This document shows, piece after piece, positions 8,101 to 19,400 of a stretch of 64,000 bases of DNA. The first letter of the stretch is position 1, and every line of letters starts with the position of its first letter. This stretch comes from a virus: positions 32,001 to 96,000 of the IMG/VR virus record IMGVR_UViG_3300044922_000175; one strand, given 5' to 3'. The position numbers were made by a program, and so were the translations under genes. The notes under the pieces were generated by a model. That model searched no databases and was not told the DNA's origin. It saw only the letters and a program-made list of their open reading frames with translations.

Positions 8101-10454
8101 CTATAGGTTTCCATAAACTTACTGAACATAAGTACTACAGAAATATAATCTTCTTTAGATACTGACTTAGGATTAGAGGCATACTTAATAAAGTTCTCTA
8201 ACTCTTCTTTAGAACTATTTAAGAATCTTCCTAATGCTATATCAGCTTTACCGGAGTTTATCTCAGTACTAAGTATAGCAATCAAACTATTAATTTTATC
8301 TATAGTCTGTTTCTTAGGTTTAACTTGTTTAGAGGAATCAATAATACTTTGTAATGCATCATTACGTTTTACTAACTGTGAAACTACATCCTTCATGAAC
8401 AAAGCAACGTTTGTATATTGCTCATCTGTTAAACCTGCTTCGGGTTTCTCATCTTCAGGACTTAAGAAATTAGGATCATTAGTTACATTGTAACCATTCT
8501 TTACTTTTAACTCATCAAGTGTATTCTTAAAAGGATCTGTAGGAATAATTGTATTTACATAAGCTAAGTTTTCTGTCTCATTATGCTGCACCACTCCTTC
8601 TACTCTAAACTTTTTTACCTTTTGATCTTTACCTTTACCTTCTATATCTAGATTATAATGATACGTAGATACACCAGATACTGGGAAACCATTAATGTTA
8701 GCTAACTTAGCATAACCCATTACCTGGATGCTTTGTTGTTGTTTAGTAGTTAATCTCTGACCTTGTAATAAAGTACCCTCATTTGTAGGATACGTAATCT
8801 CATAATATTCTGGATCTTTTATACTTGTTTTAGATACTTTTAAATCTACAATGTACAATGACCCATCTGGTTTAATGATAAGGATATCTAATGAGCCGGC
8901 AATTTTAGATTGATCATCAGCAAGAATAACTTGTGGTAAAATTATAGAACCATCTAATGTAAGTGTAGCTACATATGCACTAAGTGAATCATATGCATCC
9001 TCAGCTAAAGCCGGTTCTAATACAGTAACATTTTCTAGCGCCTCATCAAATGTTTTACCATTTATAATATCCTGAAGAATCTTATCAAAGTCTTTACCAA
9101 ACAATCTATTCATTTCATATAAACCATCTGGATCATTAAGACCACCTTTGATAGCAGAAGTCATAGACTTATATTCTTCTCCGGTTTCTAGATTAGTATA
9201 TGTATGTGTATCTTCATCTAGGAACATTGGAGTATCATATAGAGTATCTACTATATCTCTCTGTAAATTATTTACTGCTCTGTTCTTAGCAGCTTTTTTA
9301 GCCTCTTCTTTTCTGATATACTCAGGATCATTCTTATCAATACTAAGTTTAACTGTAGCCTGTACATCACTTGCAATGGGCCCAGTAGTAAATCTTAACT
9401 CTTTAGTATTTAATAACTTAGCAATATCAGTAAGAGTAACATTCTCTTTTAGATCTTGTACGTTAATGTTTAATTCATTTCCGGTAATTGCTTTGTAGAT
9501 ATCATTAACTAATTCTGCAAACCATTCTATAAACTCTCTAATAGCAGTTTTAAAAGAACCACCTGGTTGATTCTCATACTCTTTTTTAAAGTGTCTAGTT
9601 AATGCTTGAGTTACTAACTCTACATCTCTATACTTCTCAAAGAATCCTTTTTGTCCGGTGTAACTATCTTTAATCTGTTGAGTTAAAACAGGGAATGCTT
9701 GTCTAGCTTCAATAAGTAACTTACCAAAGATATCAGGTCTACCTACAAATAAAGCATCTACTACTGGATGCAGCATTTCTTCAATAGCTGTCTCTGTAGT
9801 AACCCTACTTTTAATTATGTATGCAGTGTTCTGATAATAAAAACTTTTAATCTTATCAAAGTTTAAATTAGGTTTAACCGGTAACTTATCATAGATCTTT
9901 TTAGCTTCTTCTACAGTTACAATCTCATAACTTACATCTGGTAAAACAGCAGATAAGTATTCTAGTACATCAATAGCATTATTAGTATTCTCTGATTCTC
10001 CAATTACATCAACTGGAGTGAACATGTTCTCTTTAAGAATAAACTCTATACTATTTTCTGTAGTTCTAAAATCATATGTCTCAGCCGGTATTCTATTGTA
10101 GTTCAGATAGTTAATAATCCGTTGTTTGTTATTATTAAGAACAGACTGATCTATTTCCCTCATACCTTCTGTAGTACCAGTAACAAAGTATCTAACTTGA
10201 CCATCTATTGTAACACCAGATATCATGCGTCTTTGTCTTAGGTTTCCTATGACAGCACTACCATATTGTTTTTTCTTAAGACTAAATCTTGCTTGATTAG
10301 CTTTTACAATGTCTTCTGCTTCTGCAATACTAGGAAATGTATCTGTATTTTCTTTGACTTGATAATTATCAATAATACTATCTACAACAAGATTATTATT
10401 GTATACACCCATTAGGGCTTTATATTCCGGTAAGTTTCTATTATGACAAGCCAT
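5166..10454 (-). CDS. Large virion cargo/ejection protein with PD-(D/E)xK nuclease domain and degenerate zincin
   Basis: 1762 aa. FLDEDTHTY...AGSLD(523)ILIIKPDGSLYIVD(537)LK(539). EEMLH at 9768-9782. Directly follows the vRNAP gene. Confidence 0.7.
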   Translation of the reverse strand: MACHNRNLPEYKALMGVYNNNLVVDSIIDNYQVKENTDTFPSIAEAEDIVKANQARFSLKKKQYGSAVIGNLRQRRMISGVTIDGQVRYFVTGTTEGMREIDQSVLNNNKQRIINYLNYNRIPAETYDFRTTENSIEFILKENMFTPVDVIGESENTNNAIDVLEYLSAVLPDVSYEIVTVEEAKKIYDKLPVKPNLNFDKIKSFYYQNTAYIIKSRVTTETAIEEMLHPVVDALFVGRPDIFGKLLIEARQAFPVLTQQIKDSYTGQKGFFEKYRDVELVTQALTRHFKKEYENQPGGSFKTAIREFIEWFAELVNDIYKAITGNELNINVQDLKENVTLTDIAKLLNTKELRFTTGPIASDVQATVKLSIDKNDPEYIRKEEAKKAAKNRAVNNLQRDIVDTLYDTPMFLDEDTHTYTNLETGEEYKSMTSAIKGGLNDPDGLYEMNRLFGKDFDKILQDIINGKTFDEALENVTVLEPALAEDAYDSLSAYVATLTLDGSIILPQVILADDQSKIAGSLDILIIKPDGSLYIVDLKVSKTSIKDPEYYEITYPTNEGTLLQGQRLTTKQQQSIQVMGYAKLANINGFPVSGVSTYHYNLDIEGKGKDQKVKKFRVEGVVQHNETENLAYVNTIIPTDPFKNTLDELKVKNGYNVTNDPNFLSPEDEKPEAGLTDEQYTNVALFMKDVVSQLVKRNDALQSIIDSSKQVKPKKQTIDKINSLIAILSTEINSGKADIALGRFLNSSKEELENFIKYASNPKSVSKEDYISVVLMFSKFMETYRGIRNLSLSNVVNPGQREIAIAVTDLLNIADTTIDQAIENFTINFIKTNSTRNFTEDDIKAIIKETTDISVADAQLGDLATSTDTILALIDKVYKREKQKIEDDVQAFSDQAIALGNRLASLSSGKPNYDFMLVYDKDGNFTGRYVQKIGYQYYKKFYELRNKLVDNNNNWLEYINIPNLDDAKVEDIKFNQELFLNRQAYSEFTRSEKIVNNKPEDGDYHKYTDDFKKIRDKYEEYRNYSWRKKRGVSDAEYAAYKNKYYNYSEYVTAQREKDGSYFGATTVRKGWFVKPEFKEVRDIASTGENMLDEKYIKIMNPTTELERAQKDFYDFWLQEFENGALKMLPPSVKKDMTGKLPRQKQNFLNKLKEDPASVTTLLTKSISSWFKSFTDAGYQKVVLTDEEGNIIETPPIFFTGKLKSQFTIDKIKSEIEALQTEFRDGKVSTTKYREQLKELEQQLKRNESMLSKDELNTDLVDSLIKFRAMASNYQHLSNAEDTIFALKRVVENREYSQSQNVLVRTATGTKAKTIPGLESRTATRLKKWLKMVYYEEQEFDKTTVDNVISKVLNATSLSYVGFNIFGNINNYAMGRINNGIETGGGLFYDKKAMLRAVGIYNSEYLPGTFKGLASSKGYYGQKDPQSKYEALLYLYRMVDSVAQREVQEKGGLMEWGYVLQDAAETNVQSKVGMAILMSKQITNDKGETLSLYDAYDFDPNTGNVSLKPGFELSDTERYDIRNNIREVNKQIHGNYSNEDRAALQDYSIGRLVFQFHKWVYPAFKARFKREYYDENLGWIEGRYRTFASFISHIKSARGDIFTKIRDAKESLREDQIKNLNRVATELTFILSSFAIAHIVSSLIAGMDFDDDDKELKRLLNALAYQADRQTSELTSFISPANAYMLMKSPIASSKLLGELGEAVSDTFAFPYNYAFDEESLYYKQGSRKGQLKLNKQWSDALPVLYTINRWQSYDNVTDFYVK

Positions 10455-10457
10455 CTC

Positions 10458-13400
10458 TTATAAATAACATCTTTTTATTTGTTCTACAAAACTATTCTGA
10501 TTACCACCACTAGTATTTACGTAATCTTTGTACTGTTCTACAAAATTAACAAATGAGGTAATATTTAAATCTTGTTTTATTTTTTCTTTTTGTTCATCTG
10601 TAAGTTCATTCATATAGAACTCATTAAGTACTGGGTATTCTGCTTTAGCTTTAAGAACAGCTCCCATAGATACATTAAATGCGGCAGCTGGTGCACTTGC
10701 TAACATAGCATCAATATCTCCAAATTCTTCAGTTTGTTCTTGAGCTTTAGGTGTTAAGGTCTTAGCTAATTCTTCAGGTGATTTTGCAGTTGTATCAAAA
10801 GGTTTACCATCTTTTTCATATGTAATTTTCTTACCTTCAGTTTTAACAGTAATACCATTAGAAGCTAGAGTACTTGATATATTAGCTGGAGCTTTACTAA
10901 AATCTATATTGGCTAATTGTTTATCTATACTTTGATCAAAATCTATATTATTTAAATCAGAAAATGCACCAGGATTATTAGCTACATTCTTATTTCTTCT
11001 ATTAGCAAAAATACCTGTAAATGTTGGTAAACTACCAGGAATTACAAAGCCTGCAGCAAATTGTTTTCTAGAACCAATAGGATCAAATTTCTCATACTCA
11101 GCAGATACACCAAACGCATACATGTCACCAGGTTGAATAAGATCAGCTAAGTTTTCCTCTTGTTTAACTCTATCTCTCTTTATAGTTTTTAATCTATAGA
11201 AAGTTTTTTTATTAAATGTATAGTCTATTGTTTTAAGTACTATAGGAAAACCTATTTGTGTTTTACCATCTTTACTCTCTTGTACTAAGCCTGCAATTCT
11301 TAAATAGTTTAAGTTATACCTATAGAACTTTTTACCTTCATCAGATAATCTGGATTCTCCAGGTAAAGCTACCATAGGTTGTACAATCTGATAATTACCA
11401 TTCTGATCAACTATCATCTCATCACCTTTATAGTTAGATACGTCACCCAAAGGAATTAACTCTCTTTCAAATGTGGTATTTTTAAATACATTAATCTGAA
11501 TACCAGTATCAGTTGTAGTAATTGGTGATTGTATTTTAGTATTTTCTGGAATATCTAATTTTTTCTTAAGTTCTTTAACCTCATTATTCTTAGCTAAATT
11601 TGTTTTTAGTGTTTTTGTAAAGAACGTTGTATTAGAACTTTGTAAGAATCCTCTAACAAACTCATTGTATAATTGATTAATACTTGCACCAAATGTCTTT
11701 TTAACAAAAGCATTATCAGCGCTTCCTTTTAATGCATTAACTGCAGCACCAGAGGAGTTAAGAATCATCTCAAACATAAAGTTTGGCATTACTCTAATAA
11801 AAGATCCAGACTTAAACTGACCGCCATCTTTAACAAGTAAGTAATGGAATAGATCAATTGCATAAGGTCTAGTTAACTCATTAGTATATAACTCCATAAA
11901 GCTATACTGAATCTTGTTAAGCTGTAATTTACTTAACTTGGTCCAGTTATTAAAGTCTACTTTATTAATACCATCTTTGTTAGATTTATTAGCACCAGTA
12001 ATTGCAAATAAGAATTTGTTTGCAAAATAGTTATTAGGACTTAACTCTCTTAACTTCTTAACTACATCAGTTACATTATCCATATTTTCAGGTAACGTGC
12101 TTGCTGCCTGGTCATAAATCATTCCATTATTCAAAGAAGCTAATGCTCTTTTATAACCACCTTTATTTAGAATGTTTAGATAAGCTTTGATTGCAAAAAA
12201 AGAAATTAAGTTTTGATCTAGTGACTTCTTAAAGTTTTTACGGTCCCTAAAGTTAACTTCTGTATTTGCTAATACTATATCGCGCATTCTATTAACTACA
12301 GGTGTACGGTTTAACATTACACTACCAGTTAAAGATCTAATTTCTCTATATACAGTAAAGTTAAATCCAAATGTAGTATTCTGATTACGTAGTAAAGAGC
12401 GAATATCAAATGGTATTGAACTAGTTTCAAACTCTTTGTCAGTCATCTCTAAACCTAAATCTACAGCTTTATCATAAATCTCATCAAACTCTGTAAGATC
12501 TTTAGGTAGTCCCTTATTTACTTTTAATACTGCAGATACATTCATAAAAGTATCTGATTGAAGATTTAAAGTTTTAAAGCTATTAAGTACATATACCTGA
12601 ATTTCAGGAGTATTTCTTTTAATACCTGCAATAAGATCTGCTGTTGTAATATTAGTAGGAATTTCTTTTACATCATACTTTTCTATTAGATTCTTAATAA
12701 TAGTATTCTTACTTACTTTTCTTTCAGCATCTGTAGCATATGAAGATTTATTTGTTCTTAAAGTTTTATAGAACTTACGTATTGCCGGTTGATTGATGAA
12801 TAGTAAGCTATCCTCTAATGATACACCCTGTGCTACCATATTAGCTACAACACCTAATGAATCAATATTAAGATTTAACTTAGCAGCAAGACGTTCTTTA
12901 GCATTATCCGTCATTGCTGATACTAAAGCAGACAAAATATCAGCTATCCTTTTACCATCATATTCTCCAGTTTTTGGATTATAAGCTTTAGTTTCACCAT
13001 ATGTATCAAACTCTTTACCATTAAGTTTAAATCTTAATGTTTTAAGTTCTATTGTCTCACCTGTTTCATCTGTATAAGAACTTGCTTTTCTAATATTAAT
13101 ATTATTAGTATTTAATAATGAATAAACAAGTAGAGAGTTAACTGCCGGTCCAATGTTTCTAGCACCTTCTTTGTTATTTCTAAATGCATAGTACTTACCA
13201 AGTAAAGTATCAATATTATATTTACCTTCTTCCAACTGATCTTTAAGTTCAGGAAACTGCTCGGTAAAGCTTTTAACAATATTAATAAGAGGATCTACAG
13301 TGGCTACCTGGAATGCTTTAGGAATCTCCCCTTCTTTTGCAGTAACCATATCTGTATTATTTAATAAAGCAATACGAGCATTTACAATGATATTGTTAAG

Positions 13401-16400
13401 TGCTCCTTGATAAGGTTCATACCCTAACTTTTCTATTTTAGTATTATACTCATCTGCAGTAGATGGTAAATTTAAATATTGTAAAGCTGCTTTAGTAACT
13501 TCTTCTTGATTTATATAATCATCAAAATAATCAGAGTCTGAAATATCTATATCTAATTCCTGTAAAGCTTCTAGCTCATCAGCTTTTTCTTTTTTAAGAG
13601 CACTATAAAACTCAAAATATGCTTTCTTAAATTCTTTATTCTTACTAAACTGATATTTTACAAACTGATTGAACTTTTCTGTTTTAGTAGTTCCACTACC
13701 ATAAGCTATAAATTTGCCATTCTCTACTAACCATTCTTGAATGGCTATGTAAAGTTTATCAATATCAAAGTCAGCTCCAGATATCTCAATAAGTTCTTGT
13801 GGAAATACTGCAGATGATCCATAGTATACCGGCATAAAGTCTACAAGTTTAAGAGCTACTGCAGAGTGTTTATCCTGTGAAGGAATACGTACTCCAAACA
13901 TTTTAGCTACAGCATCTGGTATTTTATCACCTGGTTTAATAAAGCTTAATAACTCTTTAAAGTGAGCTGGCATAATAAACTCAGTAAAGTATCCGGTAAT
14001 CTTACCGTTCTCATCATACTCAGGTACGTTATGTCTTAAATCATCTACATAATAATCACCTACTTGTAAATCATTAAAGGTTCTATTTTCTAGATCAGAC
14101 TGAGTTTTAGGTGTACCATATTTAGAAGGATTAAGTTTAAATTCTTCAACTCTTATAAGCTCCCATCTTTTTGGTTGACCATTCTCATCTAACTCTAATA
14201 CTTTTTTAAGTTGTTTTACACCATAGTCAGATACCAATGCTACAGCATGTCCTGGAACTTTTTCAGATAAAACACCTTTAGAGAAATATGATAAGAACAA
14301 CTCAACAAACTTGTCAATAGTAATGGGTGAGTTAAGATCATATTTAGGTTCTCCTTGCTCATCTAGTTCAAAGAACTCAATCATTTGAGCATCACCTGCT
14401 GAAGATTTTAATGTTTCAATAGCATATTTTTGGAATGCTGCAAGTTTAGGAGTTACTGTCCCAGCTGCAATAGATTTTTTAACCTCTTCTAATCCTGAAT
14501 CTAAAGTAAAGATTGCATTTCTTTTTTCAAGATAATTGACTTTAACTCTATTAAGAGATGAATTTTGATAAATCTTTTTAAGGTCTCCAACAGAAATGTC
14601 GGTACCCATAAAGTTAACTATTGTTTCATCATTTTGTTCAGCTGTAAGAATTGTTTTAATCTGAGTAGTATCTGTAATTTTAACTTTATTAGAAGGGTTC
14701 TCTAATTGTAATCTCCAATACTTAGTACTAGTCTCAATAAAGTTTCTATCAGTAATACTATTTACATCACTAGCTACATTTGTCTTTTTACCTTTAGATC
14801 CAGATACAGGAATTGCTAAACTTACAGTTTCTCTATCTTTTTCATATGCTTCAAGTGTATTACGCAAACTATGTAATTCTTCTTTACCAGGTAATGCATA
14901 TTGAAACTTATTACCATAAGAAGTAAATTCTTTAGTTAATACAAAACCAGAGGTCTTAATATATGTTTGACCGTCAAAGTATACTAACTTAATTGAGTTA
15001 GTAGCAGCATCAAATGATACAGCACCTTTTTGAGTACTATCACCAAAGAAGAAATCACCAGTTACTGTTTCACCATTTTCAATTTTGTTTAATAACTCAG
15101 CTTGAATAGGAGATAATTTACCTAAACCAAATAATGTATAACGTAAAGCTTTTACAGTCATCCACATCTGAGCATTTGCTTTTTCTCCTTTACCACCCGC
15201 ATATTTAGCTTGAAATAAAGGATCAGAAAGAGTAACTATATGTGCAGTTTTAAATGCATGTTTAATACCTAATCTTTCATCTGTTATAATAGCTTCAATG
15301 TTAGCACCAGTAGCATTAGATCCCTTAGCTCTTTTAACTTCATCTACGGCATCTTTAAATGATATAGCATGGTCACCATGCATTAATTGGTTAATAGCTG
15401 TAGTATTGATAAAATCATTTACATATATCTGTAAAAGATTATATCTGTAATCATTATTTTTTAAATTAAAAAAACTATTTTTAGTTATATCTTCTTTAGC
15501 TTTCTTCTTATCTTTTTCTTTTATAGTAAAACCTTTAGTTACAAAAGATGCTAATGCAGATTTAGTTACTTTTCCATCCTCTACTTGTAAAATGTTATCC
15601 TCATCTAATAAATCTATTAGATAGTTTACATCATTAAGCATAGATTGAGTCATCTCTTTTTTAATCTGTGCTTTTTGTTTTTCTGTTAAAGGTAAATTTT
15701 CTTGAGCTTGTGCTTCTAATTCATTCTTTAAATCTTCACTTATTAGTTTACCAGTCTTAAATAAAGTAAGACCACGCATTTTACCAGTATTAAAGTCATA
15801 GATCTCATCTATAAACTCACCATTAGCTACTCTTTGAATACGAGTATACTCCTGTTCTACAAAACCAAGCATTGCGTTTTCTGCTTGTTTTGTTAAAGTA
15901 TTTTTACCGGATGCTTTAGCAGCGGCTTTAATTATAGGTAAGTTAACTACATTACCAGTACTAGATGCTTCAAGGACACGAATAAGATGGGTGGATGTAC
16001 CAAACTTAACTTTATTTCTTTCTTGTACATCTCCGGTAGAATATAGATCAAGTAAACTAACAATAAATTCTTCAGGGGTAAAACTACCATATGTAGTTCC
16101 TTCACGTCTGTTAACCTCAAGTTGTTTATTTTCAATTACATCACCATCTTCTGTTTCATTAAGACTACTTACTTTTTGTCCATCAATTCTTTTAACTGTA
16201 ACTAAATCAAGAGATGCTAAGAAGTTTGGATCATTTAATAAATAGTTATTTGCTAAGAATGGATCCTTTAATAACTCTTCAATACCACCGGCTTTCTTAA
16301 TCTCATTTATCTTAACTAAGTGATATGATGGTAATTGGTGTACATATACTAATTGCCCTTCTGCATTTTTCCAGCTAGTAGCATATACAGACTCATCAAA

Positions 16401-19400
16401 TATGGCATTTGCTTTTGCAAGATTATATAAACGTGTAGTAGCACCACCTTCTAGTACTTCTGTTTCTGGAGTAACTTCTCCTGTTTCAGCATCTACAGTT
16501 ATTTCATACTGAACATTAATAAAAGGATTTTCTTCAGTATCTACTAAATCAGATAACGCATCTATATCTTCTATAGTAATTGGTGTTACGTTAGAATATA
16601 TCTTAAATAATTTAATTTGCTGATCTGTAAGAGTAGTTATATTATTTGCAATAGAATAAGACAAATACATACCACTTAAAGAAATACCTAAAGTCTCCAT
16701 TAATTCTACAGATAACTTATTAGTTACCTGGATTAACTCATCATCAGTATATTTCTTAGTTGGTGCCATTGCTGTTTTAATCTTAGTTAAAACAAGTTTA
16801 GCTTTAGCTTTTGATTCAGGAGTTAACTTACTTTCATAAATATTACTATATGCTTGTGACCACTGATCAAATTGCACTTTACCAGAATCTTTTCTATTTG
16901 CAGAAATAATATTTGCAATCTCTTTTTTAAGATCCTTATTGATAAACAAATAGTCAATGGCATACTGACCAAAACCTTTTGTAAAAGATTGGAACAAATA
17001 ACTATTTTTAACATTAGAGAGATCAGGATTACCTTCTTCATCAAATGTTACTCCGGTCTGAATAAAGAATTCATCAATGACTTTACCAGACTCAAAGTTT
17101 CTATCTTTATATAGATTAAGTTTTAAAAGAACTTCATCAATAGTTTCAGTTCCAGCAATTGCTTTAAGAATACCATTGTATACAGTAGAACCATCTACTG
17201 ATTGAATATAAGGCGTACCATCTAAAAATTGTACATTACCAAATTCATCAGCTGCTTGATATGTAATAGTAGATATCCAAGATCTTAAAAACTTAGATAA
17301 ACTACCAAAACCACCTACACTAGCAGCACCCTCGGTATAATTCTGCTTACCTCTTTCTCCTAACTCATCTATAATATCGTCTGAAGCATCTTGCTCATTA
17401 GTTTCTTTAATACTTAAAATAGCTAAATGCTCACGTACTGCCTCCTTAAGAATTTCTCTATTTTCAATTAAGCTAAATATACTTCTATACTCTTTTAATT
17501 TAGCAATTTCTTTACTTTTAAGATCTATATATTGTTCTAATTTTGGATTATAAAGTTCTTTATAGTCATTTAATATTCCATCTAATAAATCTTCTGTATT
17601 AGTTTGCTTATCTGCATCTTTAAGTTTGTTATTATATATAGCAGCTACACTTGCAGATAATCTAGTACCCTCTTGTTCTGGTAAATACTTATCTACTCTA
17701 ATAAGATTAACTTCACCTTCAGCAGCAAATGTAGAATCTTCAATGACATCTGTACCAATTTTAATAGCTTTAAGTACTGGTTCACTGATATCAAATGGAG
17801 AGTCTGTATATCTATTAGTAACTACCTTACTATTTCTATACTTACCGGCATCAATATTGTCAAATAAAGAGTTTAATTCATTCTTACCAAATCTGCTAAA
17901 TACTTTCTTAATAAGCTCAACAATTTTAGCAAACAAACTTTTGTTTACATGACTAGTCTCTGTTTTTTTATTAATCTTCCAAGCTTCAAACTTATCAGCA
18001 AGGTACTCTTCATACATTCTCTCTTCTAACTGAGACTCACTCATTGCTGCATAAAGAGGATTTAATAAGCGCATCTCTTCTTTAGCCAAAGAGAATGACT
18101 TACCTTCTTTACGCAACTGATCCCTTAACTCTTTTTTAGCAATTGTTAAGTATCTAGATATCTGAGCATCACTTAGTAATAAACGAAATACTGCGTGGAA
18201 AGCTTCATGATATTTAAAAGGAGAACTAGCAGATGTATATATAGTACCGTTAACTTCTACATTACCAGCTACATTAGACAATGAAGATACAAATGCACCT
18301 ACAGTCTTACTACCATTATATAAGTTATTCTTAAGAGTATTTAGATCTTCTACAGTTATAAAGTCTGGAAGATTGTTTTGTACCCAGGTTAAGAACTCAG
18401 TTAAGTTAGTTATATCAGATTCAGTATAACCAGCATCTACTACTTTTAATCCTATAGAATTAGATAATACTTCAATCTGACCTTTAATAGCTAATACCTC
18501 TGGAGAGTTTTCAGCTTGTGTTCTAATCTCTCTTTTTTCAGCTACAGTTAATTCTTCACCTTTTTCAGCAAATCTTTTATCTCTTAATTCATCATCAACC
18601 TCATCCATTTTATCATACAGTTCAGCTTGTAACTGTTTAATTTGTTGTGGAATAGATTGTTGAGCAGCTAATACTTTATTTAAAACATCTGCAGAACTTA
18701 CTTGAATAGGTTCTTTAGGTTTTTCAGTAGGTTCAGTAACGGGAACAACTGGAGGATTAACCGGTGCAACACCTCTTAATAAATCCGGATTAGATGTAGG
18801 ACTAGTAGGAGCTGAACTAAAGTCAATATTACCAAGGGCACTATCTAATACCGAATCATCTACTTTTGGTAATATAGGATTAGCTTGAACATCAGAAGCT
18901 GGCTCAAGCATATCTAGATACACAGATACATCTTTAACCACATTAGTTCCTACACTGGCTTCCATATCTAAAACCTGCAGCGTATCAATAGTCATTGGCA
19001 ATGCTGCTTTAAATGATCTACCAGTAAGGATAATATCCATTTTATTGGCTGGTAATTTTACATCAGCATCATGCTCTTTAATTGCAGTATTTAATAAAGA
19101 AAGTAATTCTGAAAAAGTATTAAACTCAGGATCATTAATAATCCTCTTACGAGTTATTTTATCAGTTCTAGAATTTTTATTTACAAAGTCTAAAACTATT
19201 GATCCATTAGGACTAACATAAACATCTAAGAACTTACCTTTATCTTTTAATGGTAAAGAAATAAATACCTTATTGCCAATATTATCTTCATTCCATACAT
19301 CATTGTATTCCTGAGCTAATGGTTTAGCTTCTTCATCTAGATTCTCTTTCTTAGTTAACTCAATTCTTTCTTTAATACTAGCAGCTAAAGTATTTAGCTC

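Noticed and set aside
12000-16500. Intein or intron in the RNAP gene
   Set aside because: No Cys/Ser-start...HN intein ends (the protein has no internal Cys), no homing endonuclease motif and no frame break.
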